A stretch of DNA of 32,977 nucleotides from Fibrobacterales bacterium (GCA_051532055.1 JAOPTX010000027.1:1-32977), one strand, 5' to 3'; counted from the first letter of the stretch, positions 8,422-18,797 are shown. The notes: generated from the letters alone by a model not told the origin. Program-made: numbers and translations.

Positions 8422-10668
8422 TTATTTTTCTTCAGCTGCGATGAAATACATGCCATCACCAAGAGGCGCATTTCCTAATGCTGTTACGTTAGTACCAGCA
8501 TTTTTTGCAACTGCATCAAGTGATGCAACTTTTTTACCCGTAATATCAAAGATATTGAGAGTATGTGCACCCGCTTTTTTAGCAGAAAACTCAATGTTTT
8601 TACCTTGTACAAGGCGTGAGAACATTGAAGAATTCGCTGAAAATTTGCGGCTAGTGAAAAGTCCTGAAATTGACGACTCTTCATCTTGTGAAGACTCACC
8701 AAGAGAACTTCCATTACCTTCAGAAGACTCATTGTCACCTACAGATGACTCTTCAGATGAGTCATCAGATGAGTCATTCGACGAAACATCTGAACTAGCA
8801 CCTGCTACTGATGAACTAGATACTTCAGATGATGAAGAAAGAATCGTACCGTTTTCTATCAAGAGTGTTTGTACTGCATGCCCTTGAATAGAACCTTCGT
8901 ATGATTTACCCGCAATGTTTACAGAGTAATCAGTAGCGTCATCTTCATCATTCAAGATCACTACAACAACTTCACCATTCGGAGTAATTGCAGCAGTAAC
9001 TTCTAGGTGGTCATCACCTGAAATGTTATTTTGTGCGCCATTATCCATTGTCGACGAATTATTGTTTGTTTTAACATCAATAATATATGAACCAGGTCTA
9101 ATATATTTAGAGAAGTGACGGAAAAGATAGAATGTAGGGTTATAACGAACATCACCACTATTAGTAATTGTAATAGGTGAAGCACACCAGTTAGCAGCCC
9201 AGTTAGGTCCACCTTGCTCATTAAGAACAATATTCCAATCAACCCAACCAGTTACCCAGTGATTAAAACTATGAATAATGTCACGACCATATCTATACAT
9301 AGGCTCAACAATAGGTTGGAATTGTGAGTATTCTGGAATATTAATACCCCATGAACCATGTACACGTTCCCACCACCAGTCCCACCAGTGATCACTACTA
9401 TACCATGGGTATTGCATATTCCAGCGAGGGTCTGAATCTGATCCTTGACATTTCCAACCACAGTCACCTTGTGGAGCGATATCATCAACTAAATCAAGAT
9501 GAGGAGTTGGTGTACCAGGTCCATTTCCAGGAATACCCTCACCCGCATTATCACCGCGCATATTATCAATTGTTGCTTCAGTTGCAAGTAATTGCATTTT
9601 AGGGTAATCTCTGTGATAATTTTCTAAAATATTTGGGTAAGTATCATAAGTAGATTTATACCAGTGTAGTGCAATTCCAGTGTAATCCCCTTCTGCTGAG
9701 TTTTCTAACATAGCATCGATAAACTCAATATCATGATCATCTTTATTTTGATCAAAGCCAAATATTGGCATACCAGAAAAACCGTTTTCTTCCATTTTTG
9801 GTAAAAGATTATTTGATACGTATGGCCCTTGTTCTTCACCTTTCCAGTACATCATGTCCCAGTTTTCACCATTACCATGAGGCTCATTCAATGCCGTAAG
9901 TCCCCAAATTGGAGCCCCAACTTTTTCATATTCTTCCATAAATTTTACAACATAATCAGCAAAGGTTTGGTAATATTTATCTTGAAGACGACCGCCTGCA
10001 TAACCATTTTTTGCGCCTGTTCCATCTTTCATCCAAGGTGGAGCCGTCCAAGGTGACGCGAGGATTTTAAACTCTTCAGGATCTTCACTCCCTTTAGAAA
10101 AATAATCTCTTGCTTTTACTAGAGCCGGAACGGTCACTTCCATGTCTCGCTCTATTGTGAAATCACTGAGATCTTCTTGGTTAGCATAAACATATGGAGT
10201 AAGAGAAAAGTCACAACTTGCAACACTTACACGTACCATAGAAAAGTGAGACCCATCAGGGCCAAATATTTCATCCATAACTTCGTTAAGTTTAGTACTA
10301 TCCCCATTTAAATGTTCGAGAAGATAAATCTGAGAAGTTGTCGATTCAGTCATTGCACCACCAATACCCTCGATGTGCTGACGTTGTTTTGCAACTGTTG
10401 CATCAAGGTCGATTACAACACCGTTACTTGCGTCTCCACCAGAAAATTCTTCATCGGTGACAACCTCTTCAAATTTCTTTTTCTCATCCTTATTGGTTTC
10501 AAAAACTTTTACAGTAGCAGGTTCAAAAGTATTACCGGCTTCAATATTATCATAAGTAATTCTTTCATATGCCGCAGAAGCTGGAGCAAGAGCTACGAGT
10601 GTTGCAAGTACCCCTAACTTTATCCCCGCGACAATCGGTTGTTTTTTATTTATGTTTTTCATAGTCAT
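8422..10668 (-). CDS. Secreted glycoside hydrolase family 30 protein with Ser-rich linker and C-terminal sorting-like domain
   Basis: Signal peptide (APASA-A); GIGGAMTES, SCDFS, ASPWTAPPWMK, NEP (acid/base), ATEA (nucleophile), GWVDWNIVL, GGPNW, HFSKYIRPG; C-terminal IFDITGKKV...GMYFI. Confidence 0.92.
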   Translation of the reverse strand: MTMKNINKKQPIVAGIKLGVLATLVALAPASAAYERITYDNIEAGNTFEPATVKVFETNKDEKKKFEEVVTDEEFSGGDASNGVVIDLDATVAKQRQHIEGIGGAMTESTTSQIYLLEHLNGDSTKLNEVMDEIFGPDGSHFSMVRVSVASCDFSLTPYVYANQEDLSDFTIERDMEVTVPALVKARDYFSKGSEDPEEFKILASPWTAPPWMKDGTGAKNGYAGGRLQDKYYQTFADYVVKFMEEYEKVGAPIWGLTALNEPHGNGENWDMMYWKGEEQGPYVSNNLLPKMEENGFSGMPIFGFDQNKDDHDIEFIDAMLENSAEGDYTGIALHWYKSTYDTYPNILENYHRDYPKMQLLATEATIDNMRGDNAGEGIPGNGPGTPTPHLDLVDDIAPQGDCGWKCQGSDSDPRWNMQYPWYSSDHWWDWWWERVHGSWGINIPEYSQFQPIVEPMYRYGRDIIHSFNHWVTGWVDWNIVLNEQGGPNWAANWCASPITITNSGDVRYNPTFYLFRHFSKYIRPGSYIIDVKTNNNSSTMDNGAQNNISGDDHLEVTAAITPNGEVVVVILNDEDDATDYSVNIAGKSYEGSIQGHAVQTLLIENGTILSSSSEVSSSSVAGASSDVSSNDSSDDSSEESSVGDNESSEGNGSSLGESSQDEESSISGLFTSRKFSANSSMFSRLVQGKNIEFSAKKAGAHTLNIFDITGKKVASLDAVAKNAGTNVTALGNAPLGDGMYFIAAEEK

Positions 10669-10769
10669 CCTGTATATGTATGGTGTATCATATTTCGCTA
10701 TTAATATATATTAAAAGTGGCACATAATCAGGAAAGAAATAGTTACCAATGGTAAACACTAGAGCGCAG

Positions 10770-10810
10770 TGATCAAAAGCGTCATGTTCCATGATCATAA
10801 TAAACATATT
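10770..10810 (+). promoter_or_regulatory. Tandem 19-bp direct repeats, putative AraC-family operator
   Basis: TGATCAAAAGCGTCATGTT (10770-10788) and TGATCATAATAAACATATT (10792-10810); the same motif recurs at 14322-14361. Confidence 0.6.
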
Positions 10811-11107
10811 GGCTAAATCCATTGAATTTTCCCAATTCCAGATAGTTTTAAAAGTTACTCATAGTAATGATTTTAATCATAGCTCAGCTTAACATTCTGT
10901 TTTTCTTTACTATTTTGTTAATCGATTTTTACTGTGAATACAAGAATAAATCATATAGATTAAAACGCATACTCAATAAGTAATTATCAATTTTGGGGAA
11001 CATGAGATAATAGAATTAGTTTAATAATTGAAATATGCTTATGCAGTACCGTATTCATTAGTCAATAAAAACAATATAAACAATCAAAATACACCCTAGG
11101 AGAAGAA

Positions 11108-13201
11108 ATGAAAAAACGATTAGCCATGCTCTGTATAGCTTCACTCGCTATTCCTTCATTTGCACAAGTTGATACACTACCCGAACCAACCAGTAATGCA
11201 ACTGATACAACATCCCCATCAAGCACTGATCCGTTTGATTCATACTCTACTACACCAGAGAATGATAGCACCTCTCAATACCCTGAATTAACTGAACCAG
11301 ACTATTCAAACCTAGAGACAACCGACCTTGTTACTGAAACCGAGCTCGTTGTGCAAGAAAACCCACAAGCACTCGATATTATTGAAGCTAAGCCAGCTTC
11401 TGAAAGTAATAGAAGTTTCTCAGTAGGTCTAAAAGCCTTTCAACAACTTGGCTATTACAATCATACAACAGGCCAGTTTTTTAATAACAATAGTGCCGAT
11501 GACAATTTTGAGACCGATCCTGACAAACAAGCGACTCCCAATGAACCATTTGGATATACTCGTGCATGGCCTGAACTTGCATATAAATGGAACGACAACC
11601 TCTCTTTTATGGTTAGACTTCAGACTGCCCGTATTTTATGGGGTAAGTGGAGTGGTGCCAAAGGTACAGGTGATTCACGATATAACACCGATGCCAACCA
11701 AGACGGTTCAATTAATCATAAACACATATATGCTGACATAGATTTCAACCCTTTATCCCATATGAAACAAATTGGTTCTCAAGAACTTCGTTTTGGTTCT
11801 CAATCCTTCAATGATCCAAGTTCGATGATTATAAACCGTGATGCATTTGGTATAAAATACACTGGTCACTTTGTACAAAACATGGTTAAATTCCAAGCTG
11901 GTTGGTTTCACCTTAAACACAAATCATATGTGATCCTCAATGACACATCTGGAGTAACTAAGGTTGATACTAGAGATCAAGATGGTGAAATGATGTACAC
12001 CGCAAATATTTCTGCTAATCTTCTTGATTCAAGCATAACTGCTGGCTTTCTTTACATTGGCAGAAGAGCAGAGCAAACACCACTGACTAGCGAAAAAACA
12101 CAATTTTTCAGCCAAAACTGGTTCTCACCCTACTTTAGGGGCGAATTTCAATTGCCATTTGGTGCACTTGATGTAAATCTTCAAGCTTCATATTTTAATT
12201 ATGAAAGTAACTATACTACTTATGACCTTGAGATTGAAAAATATTTAGATGATGATGGGAGTCAAATAAAAGACTCACTTGACGTCCCATTATATATTAC
12301 TCACTCTACAGGCAATGTGAGTGACACTCTATCTATGACCAATATCAAATCCACCTCCCCTACAATACTAAATTCTGGTTTAGCATTAAGCCTTTATACA
12401 CAATTGACCGTTGGAGATGTTGAGCTCGGACTTTCATATTTAAGGGCCGATGGTAAACAAGATCAAGACATAGATGAAGAGTCTGTAACAACAAGTGAGA
12501 TTTTTTACTCATCATCTAAAGACAACTGGTACAATAATAACAAATTGCAATTTCTCACTAACGCAGGTATTATCGATGACCTTCCATGGGGAATTTTAAA
12601 TAACGGCAGACAAAACGGTGCTGATGGTGCCCCTGGTGATGTTCAAGGTGAAAAAGGTGGAGTAAATGCTCTATCTGTATGGGCCTTCTACAAATTTAAT
12701 GAAAACATCAAAGTAGGTGTTGCAGCAGGTATTGCAAATCTCGTCGAAGGTCATGAAATACAGCTTCAGGATGCTGATAACTATAAAGCTTTTGTTGATG
12801 CAAAAGGGAAAAAATATTGGAGCCAAAAGAAAAAACTTTATGACTTTGATACTCCAGTTGCTGACCGAACCACGAGTAAAGAAGTTGACGATTCTGACTT
12901 AGTCGATAGTGATGGAGATGCATTGATTGGTAAAAGAGATGACTCTGGCAGTACTCTTCAGCTTGATGAGTATGATTCAGAAGCTGAACTAAATGACGAC
13001 TGGGAGCAGGGGGTAACTGCATATAACGAGATCGTTGCCGATATCGGTACAGAGATCAACATTCAAGCAGAAATTGTTGCCTTTGAAGGCATGACCGTTA
13101 AACCTTTCTTTGCGGTACTTCTTCCAGGAAATGTTGTTATCGAAGGCAAAAAAGATTCAAACCTCATTAAAACAGGTGTTTCTTGCTTTTTTGAATTCTA
13201 A
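11108..13201 (+). CDS. Outer-membrane beta-barrel protein, putative carbohydrate porin
   Basis: AGGAG RBS; signal peptide (PSFA-Q); acidic disordered N-terminus; alternating amphipathic strands; C-terminal BAM-type ending ...CFFEF; DIGTEINI penultimate strands as in alginate-export-like barrels. Confidence 0.72.
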   Translation: MKKRLAMLCIASLAIPSFAQVDTLPEPTSNATDTTSPSSTDPFDSYSTTPENDSTSQYPELTEPDYSNLETTDLVTETELVVQENPQALDIIEAKPASESNRSFSVGLKAFQQLGYYNHTTGQFFNNNSADDNFETDPDKQATPNEPFGYTRAWPELAYKWNDNLSFMVRLQTARILWGKWSGAKGTGDSRYNTDANQDGSINHKHIYADIDFNPLSHMKQIGSQELRFGSQSFNDPSSMIINRDAFGIKYTGHFVQNMVKFQAGWFHLKHKSYVILNDTSGVTKVDTRDQDGEMMYTANISANLLDSSITAGFLYIGRRAEQTPLTSEKTQFFSQNWFSPYFRGEFQLPFGALDVNLQASYFNYESNYTTYDLEIEKYLDDDGSQIKDSLDVPLYITHSTGNVSDTLSMTNIKSTSPTILNSGLALSLYTQLTVGDVELGLSYLRADGKQDQDIDEESVTTSEIFYSSSKDNWYNNNKLQFLTNAGIIDDLPWGILNNGRQNGADGAPGDVQGEKGGVNALSVWAFYKFNENIKVGVAAGIANLVEGHEIQLQDADNYKAFVDAKGKKYWSQKKKLYDFDTPVADRTTSKEVDDSDLVDSDGDALIGKRDDSGSTLQLDEYDSEAELNDDWEQGVTAYNEIVADIGTEINIQAEIVAFEGMTVKPFFAVLLPGNVVIEGKKDSNLIKTGVSCFFEF

Positions 13202-13233
13202 TTCTAAAATCAAGTCTCTATTCATTTTATATC

Positions 13234-13266
13234 GGTCTGCTCCATATCTTGGGGCAGACCTTTTTA
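13234..13266 (+). terminator. Intrinsic terminator after the porin gene
   Basis: GGTCTGCTCCA-tatct-TGGGGCAGACC stem followed by a T-run. Confidence 0.85.
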
Positions 13267-13296
13267 TTTAAAATAACAATGACTCTTTACTTATTA

Positions 13297-13321
13297 AAAA
13301 AGCCGATAACCTCGGCTTTTT
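13297..13321. terminator. Second terminator-like hairpin upstream of the araC gene
   Basis: AAAAAGCCGA-taacc-TCGGCTTTTT perfect inverted repeat. Confidence 0.5.
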
Positions 13322-13373
13322 CCATTTAAAATCCTTACATAAGGAAGTACATTAGATAAAACAATAAATACAG

Positions 13374-14237
13374 GTGAATATGTTTGAGTTATTTGAGAAT
13401 ATCTGTTTAGCAAAATCAGATACTGATGGAGTAACAAAAATAACAGTTTCTAATACAGAATCTGAAATCCCTGAAATCTGTGGTTTTCAATTACTCTTTG
13501 AAATACACGAAAAGACATTAGCCTCTCGAGTTACCGTCTCACCTCTCACTCAAGAATTTATCACCCTTATTCACATCGTATCTGGCACAGCGTGGTATTG
13601 GAGTGAAGCAACAGGCCGTATTCCTGTAAATGAATCTCAAATTATTATCCAACTCGCCAATATCGCCTATGATTGCGCTGCTGGTAATGAAGGGGCCGTA
13701 ATAGACTCACTCTCATTCACTGGCACCCTCCCCCATTCGTTACATCAGAGTGGTGTATTGAATCAAGGCATCTTTGAATGTGGCCAACAACGAAAACTCA
13801 TGCCTATTTTAGAGTTGGTTGCCCTTGGCGATAATGAAAACAGAATTAGAGCTGCAAGCATGCTCATGACCCTCATTACCGAAATCCATTTTGATAATAA
13901 ATACAACACCCCTAAAGAGGGTGAATCAAAGATCAAGAATCTCACCGCTATTATTCAGAAAAATCCTGAAAAAAGCTGGGACAGTTCACAAATGGCTCAG
14001 TATTGCAATTTAAGTGAAGTACAATTTCGAAGGGTTTTTAAAAAAGAAACCGGTTCCTCTCCCAAAGTGTATCTCGATACCGTTAAAATGAATCATGCAG
14101 CCCAATTGTTGAAGCGCGAATTCAGTGTCGGGATCGTCTCTGACCTATTAGGTTATTCTGACCAGTTTCACTTCAGTCGTCGATTTAAAGCGATTTTAGG
14201 GGCCTCTCCTCGGGAATATTTACAACAGAATAGATAG
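13374..14237 (+). CDS. AraC/XylS family transcriptional regulator (start may be ATG 13380)
   Basis: C-terminal double HTH: MAQYCNLSEVQFRRVFKKETGSSP...LGYSDQFHFSRRFKAILGASPREY; cupin-like N-terminal domain. Confidence 0.93.
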   Translation: MNMFELFENICLAKSDTDGVTKITVSNTESEIPEICGFQLLFEIHEKTLASRVTVSPLTQEFITLIHIVSGTAWYWSEATGRIPVNESQIIIQLANIAYDCAAGNEGAVIDSLSFTGTLPHSLHQSGVLNQGIFECGQQRKLMPILELVALGDNENRIRAASMLMTLITEIHFDNKYNTPKEGESKIKNLTAIIQKNPEKSWDSSQMAQYCNLSEVQFRRVFKKETGSSPKVYLDTVKMNHAAQLLKREFSVGIVSDLLGYSDQFHFSRRFKAILGASPREYLQQNR

Positions 14238-14321
14238 TCTGTAATAATTTCTTCAGACAACTTGCCATAAGTATACCGTATCATTTCAACAATATTACTT
14301 AGAGTATTCCTTCTTACCAAA

Positions 14322-14361
14322 TGATCATAATCGACATGTTTTTGATTACTTTCGTCATTTG
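14322..14361 (+). promoter_or_regulatory. Tandem direct repeats with 21-bp period upstream of the PTS operon, putative AraC operator
   Basis: TGATCATAATCGACATGTT (14322-14340) and TGATTACTTTCGTCATTTG (14343-14361). Confidence 0.6.
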
Positions 14362-14429
14362 AATATGAGGTTTTACGACTATCTTTAATAGACACATGAC
14401 AATTTTATAAAACCACAAAAGGAGCCCTC

Positions 14430-16967
14430 ATGGGTAATGCAAAAGGGAGTATCACAATTATTGCTCCGCTTTCAGGTCCCCTCGTAGATCTTACTACAGT
14501 ACCTGATCCTGTCTTTGCACAAAAAATGGTGGGCGATGGCATCTCTATAGATCCAACTTCGAACATTCTCTACGCCCCCTGTGCTGGAACAATATCACAG
14601 ATCCACTCTTCATGCCATGCAGTAACAATTGCAACAGCTGAAGGCGTTGAAATTATGATGCATATTGGTGTTGATACTGTAAGTCTTAAGGGCAAGGGCT
14701 TCACCCCTAAAGTCAAGGAAGGTGATACTGTAAAAGCCAAGGATGCACTAATTGAATTTGAAATGGATTACGTTGCGGTCAATGCAAAAAGTCTGCTTAC
14801 ACAAATTGTGGTTACCAATAGCGAACGTGTCTCTTTTCAAGTAAACAGTGGCGTTGTTACCGCAGGTAATGACACCATAATGACTCTCACCCTGGTAGAT
14901 GAGTCAGCGACAAGCACTTTTAATTCAGGTGACTTCGGATCAGAGAATTCTGCACCAATGGTCATTGCAAATCCTGTTGGACTCCACGCAAGACCCTCTG
15001 CAGTGCTCTCTACTGCAGCAAAAAAGTTTTCAAGTAGTATCGAAATCATCTGCGGCTCTCATAAAGCAAATGCCAAAAGCACCACTGCTATAATGAAAAT
15101 GGAAATTGGGAACGGACAAACTGTTATCCTGTCCGCTCAAGGACCTGATGCAAAAGAAGCTATACAAGAGCTATCAGACCTCATTTGTAACGGTCTTGGT
15201 GAAGATGTTATCAGTAGTGATGCATCTGCAGAAGTTTTTCTTGAAGCACAAGATGAAACACAGCCTCTCTCGGGTGACCTTAATCGTGTCATGGGTATAG
15301 CAGCATCTCCGGGTATTGCAATCGGTACACTGTTTAAACTAGAGAAAGAAGTGTTGATTGTAGAAGAGTACGGCTCTTCTTATATTACAGAAGAGAAAAT
15401 GGTTCTTGAAAAATCAATCGAACGCTCTATTAAACTTATAGAATCGCTGATAAAAGAGTCTGACTCAAAAGAATCAGAAATTTTTGAAGCACATATTGAA
15501 CTTCTCCGTGACCCTGAACTTTTAGATATTGCTGAATCAGAGCTTTCTAAAGGAAAGTCAGCCGGATATGCTTGGCAAGTAGCCTATACTCAACAAGCAA
15601 CAGCATTACAATCACTGAAAAGTGAGCTCCTTGCTGCTCGTGCAAATGACATGATTGACGTTGGAGAAAGTACTCTCAACATCATCTTAGGTCGAGACTC
15701 TAAAGACCTTGAGATTCCCGAGAATACTATTCTTGTTGCTGATGACCTTACTCCATCTCAAACAGCTACACTCGACCGCACTAAAGTTCTAGGCTTTTGT
15801 ACACTCCAGGGTGGCTCGTCATCACACGTCGCCATACTCGCACGATCACTCGCAATACCTGCCATAGCAGGAATTGAAGCGCGTATAATGGACAGTGCAA
15901 ATGGCACCTCTATTATTTTAGATGGTTCAAAAGGCGAAGTTGAGCTTAATCCAACTGATGAACGTATTAAAGCAGTTAGAGTAGAACTTATTGAGTTCGA
16001 AGCAAAACTTACAGAAGACAAATCAAATAGTGATAAACCTGCAACTACCACTGATGGACATACTGTTATGGTGGTCGGTAATGCTGGTGGTCTTCCGGAA
16101 GTTGAAGATTGCGTGGTAAATGGTGGTGAAGGTATTGGCCTTATGCGCTCTGAGTTTCTTTTTCAAAACCGTGCATCAGCACCGACTGAAGAAGAACAAG
16201 AAGAAGTATATGGTGCAATGGCATCTGCACTTGGTAACGATCGTCCTATTGTCATTAGAACACTTGATGTCGGTGGAGATAAACCACTTCCCTATCTCCC
16301 GATTCCAAAAGAAGAGAACCCATTTCTTGGTGAACGTGGTATTCGTGTCTGTTTGAACCGTCCTGAAATTTTGAGAATGCAATTTAGAGCAATCCTCAAA
16401 GCTTCTGCTAAAGGAACTATTGAAATTATGTTCCCGATGATCTCTACTCTTGCTGAATTTAAAAAAGCAAAAGAGATCCTAAAAGAAGAAGCTGATGCGA
16501 TGAATGTTGCAATGCCCAAAACAGGTATTATGGTTGAAGTACCGGTTGTTGCAGCAATGGCTGAACAATTTGCAAAAGAAGTTGACTTCTTTTCGGTTGG
16601 AACCAACGACCTCGCTCAATACACAATGGCAGTTGACCGTGGACATCCAAAACTTGCAGCGCTCGCTGATGGATTAACTCCAGGACTCCTTAAACTCATT
16701 AAAATGGCTGCAGATGGCGCCCACGCTCATGGTATTACTATCAGTGTCTGTGGTGGCATTGCCAGTGATGCACATGCAGTACCAATCCTTATTGGACTAG
16801 GCATTGATAAACTCAGTGCAACCGTTCCAGCCATACCTGCTGTAAAAGCACAAATAAGAGACCTGAGTCTCGCAGATTGTAAAACCCTTGCTGAGCAAGC
16901 TCTTACCCAAGAGTCTGCTGCAGACGTACGCACACTTGTTCAATCAATGTGTAACACACTTAAATAA
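14430..16967 (+). CDS. Multiphosphoryl transfer protein EIIA(Glc)-HPr-EI
   Basis: EIIA: VPDPVFAQKMVGDG, MHIGVDTV. HPr: GLHARPS, NAKS. EI: GGSSSHVAILAR, GIGLMRSEFLF, RTLDVGGDK, EENPFLGERGIR, FSVGTNDL. Confidence 0.96.
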   Translation: MGNAKGSITIIAPLSGPLVDLTTVPDPVFAQKMVGDGISIDPTSNILYAPCAGTISQIHSSCHAVTIATAEGVEIMMHIGVDTVSLKGKGFTPKVKEGDTVKAKDALIEFEMDYVAVNAKSLLTQIVVTNSERVSFQVNSGVVTAGNDTIMTLTLVDESATSTFNSGDFGSENSAPMVIANPVGLHARPSAVLSTAAKKFSSSIEIICGSHKANAKSTTAIMKMEIGNGQTVILSAQGPDAKEAIQELSDLICNGLGEDVISSDASAEVFLEAQDETQPLSGDLNRVMGIAASPGIAIGTLFKLEKEVLIVEEYGSSYITEEKMVLEKSIERSIKLIESLIKESDSKESEIFEAHIELLRDPELLDIAESELSKGKSAGYAWQVAYTQQATALQSLKSELLAARANDMIDVGESTLNIILGRDSKDLEIPENTILVADDLTPSQTATLDRTKVLGFCTLQGGSSSHVAILARSLAIPAIAGIEARIMDSANGTSIILDGSKGEVELNPTDERIKAVRVELIEFEAKLTEDKSNSDKPATTTDGHTVMVVGNAGGLPEVEDCVVNGGEGIGLMRSEFLFQNRASAPTEEEQEEVYGAMASALGNDRPIVIRTLDVGGDKPLPYLPIPKEENPFLGERGIRVCLNRPEILRMQFRAILKASAKGTIEIMFPMISTLAEFKKAKEILKEEADAMNVAMPKTGIMVEVPVVAAMAEQFAKEVDFFSVGTNDLAQYTMAVDRGHPKLAALADGLTPGLLKLIKMAADGAHAHGITISVCGGIASDAHAVPILIGLGIDKLSATVPAIPAVKAQIRDLSLADCKTLAEQALTQESAADVRTLVQSMCNTLK

Positions 16968-16979
16968 GTAGGATACTTT

Positions 16980-18788
16980 ATGTCACAAACAACTTCAATT
17001 CATAAAAGTGCTTTTGCTAACCTGCAAAAAATGGGTAAAGCACTTATGCTCCCCGTATCGGTCCTACCTGCAGCTGGTATTCTGCTTGGGCTTGGTGCTA
17101 TTGACCCTTCACTTATTCCATGGGCTCCAGAGTTTCTCCTGAGCATTATGAAACTCATGACCGCTGCTGGTGGTGCAATTTTCACCATTATGCCTCTTAT
17201 TTTTGCGGTAGGTGTTGCACTTGGATTTACTGAAAATGACGGTGTCGCTGCCCTCGCATCATGTGTCGGCTTTTTTGTACTCATCGCTACTATGGGCACT
17301 CTTGCTGATTTTACCGGCGTAACGACTCATTTAGTACTGGGGATACCCACTATTAAAACAGGGGTGTTTGGTGGTATTATTGCCGGTTCACTCGCTGCTA
17401 TAATGTTTAACAAGTTTTATCGGATATCGCTTCCGCCTTATCTTGGCTTTTTTGCCGGTAAGAGATTTGTTCCTATTGCAACAGCTGTCGCGGCAATTGC
17501 AATGGGCTTTATCCTTTTCTTTATCTGGACACCAATTGGTGCAGGTATTGATATCTTTTCTGACTGGGCATCACATGGTAACCCTACTGTTGCTTTTGGT
17601 GTGTATGGCCTTATTGAACGATGTCTCATACCTTTTGGATTGCACCATATTTGGAATGCACCATTCTTCTTTGAAATTGGAAACTTTCTTGACCCCGCAA
17701 CCGGTAAAACAATTTCTGGTGAGCTCCAACGCTATATGGCGGGTGATGGTACAGCTGGTAACCTTGCAGGTGGCTATCTCTTTAAAATGTGGGGTCTTCC
17801 TGCAGCAGCACTTGCGATTTGGCATACTGCTAAACCAGAGAAAAGAACCCTTATTGGCGGTATCATGATCTCTGGTGCACTTACCTCGTTTCTAACTGGT
17901 ATTACCGAGCCACTTGAATTCTCATTCATCTTTGTTGCCCCGATCCTTTACGTTTTCCATGCAATTATTTCAGGTCTATCCTTTGTTGTCTGTATTTTGT
18001 TAGACATCAAACACTCAACCTCATTCTCCCATGGGTTGATTGATTATGTTCTACTCTATAGTCGTTCAACAAATGGATGGGGCCTGTTAATTCTTGGACC
18101 TGCATGGGCTGCACTTTATTATGGTGTATTCCGCTTTTCAATCACCAAATTCAACCTCCTTACTCCGGGTCGTGAAGATGAAGATGAAACAGCAATTGCA
18201 ATGGGAGAAGCTGTTTCAGAAGACAATTTTTCTCTACAACTTGTACGTGCCTTTGGCGGTAGAAGCAACATCAACACATTAGATGCCTGTATTACTCGTC
18301 TCAGAATATCAGTACACGATATCAATAAAGTTGATCAAGCACGCCTTAAAGCAATGGGAGCCGCTGGTGTTGTGGTTGTCGGCAATGGCATCCAAGCAAT
18401 TTTTGGAACGCGCTCGGACAACCTTAAAACTGATATGCAAGAGTATTTAAAAACAGCAGGACCAGAAGCTGACATGACTACCGCTGCAGCTATGGCTCCA
18501 GCTCCACAATCAGCTCAACCGACTCGCACTCCGGAAGCAGTTGACCCCGATGCAATGAATAAAGCAGAATACTATGTTAAAGCACTTGGTGGAGCTGAAA
18601 ACATTAAACATGTTGAGCCTTGTGCTGAGACCCGTTTACGCATTGCAGTTCATAACCCTGGCCAAGTAAATTTTGACTCAGTGGAAGGCATCAGTGTGAT
18701 ATCTATCGCTGATGACATTATGCATCTTATTGTAGGCCTTAATGCCAATCAATACTCTGATGCAATGAATAGTTTGATTACGGAGTAA
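16980..18788 (+). CDS. ptsG: PTS glucose-specific transporter IIC-IIB with an extra C-terminal IIB domain
   Basis: [62 protein letters not shown] match PtsG; EIIB motifs DACITRLR and EPCAETRLR. Confidence 0.9.
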   Translation: MSQTTSIHKSAFANLQKMGKALMLPVSVLPAAGILLGLGAIDPSLIPWAPEFLLSIMKLMTAAGGAIFTIMPLIFAVGVALGFTENDGVAALASCVGFFVLIATMGTLADFTGVTTHLVLGIPTIKTGVFGGIIAGSLAAIMFNKFYRISLPPYLGFFAGKRFVPIATAVAAIAMGFILFFIWTPIGAGIDIFSDWASHGNPTVAFGVYGLIERCLIPFGLHHIWNAPFFFEIGNFLDPATGKTISGELQRYMAGDGTAGNLAGGYLFKMWGLPAAALAIWHTAKPEKRTLIGGIMISGALTSFLTGITEPLEFSFIFVAPILYVFHAIISGLSFVVCILLDIKHSTSFSHGLIDYVLLYSRSTNGWGLLILGPAWAALYYGVFRFSITKFNLLTPGREDEDETAIAMGEAVSEDNFSLQLVRAFGGRSNINTLDACITRLRISVHDINKVDQARLKAMGAAGVVVVGNGIQAIFGTRSDNLKTDMQEYLKTAGPEADMTTAAAMAPAPQSAQPTRTPEAVDPDAMNKAEYYVKALGGAENIKHVEPCAETRLRIAVHNPGQVNFDSVEGISVISIADDIMHLIVGLNANQYSDAMNSLITE

Positions 18789-18797
18789 TGTAATCAA

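Noticed and set aside
8354..8887. 177-aa plus-strand ORF
   Set aside because: Antisense shadow of the Ser-rich linker and CTD of the GH30 gene; it runs through a terminator
14837..18325. Short alternative-frame and antisense ORFs within the PTS genes
   Set aside because: Fully nested in conserved genes, with no independent coding signal
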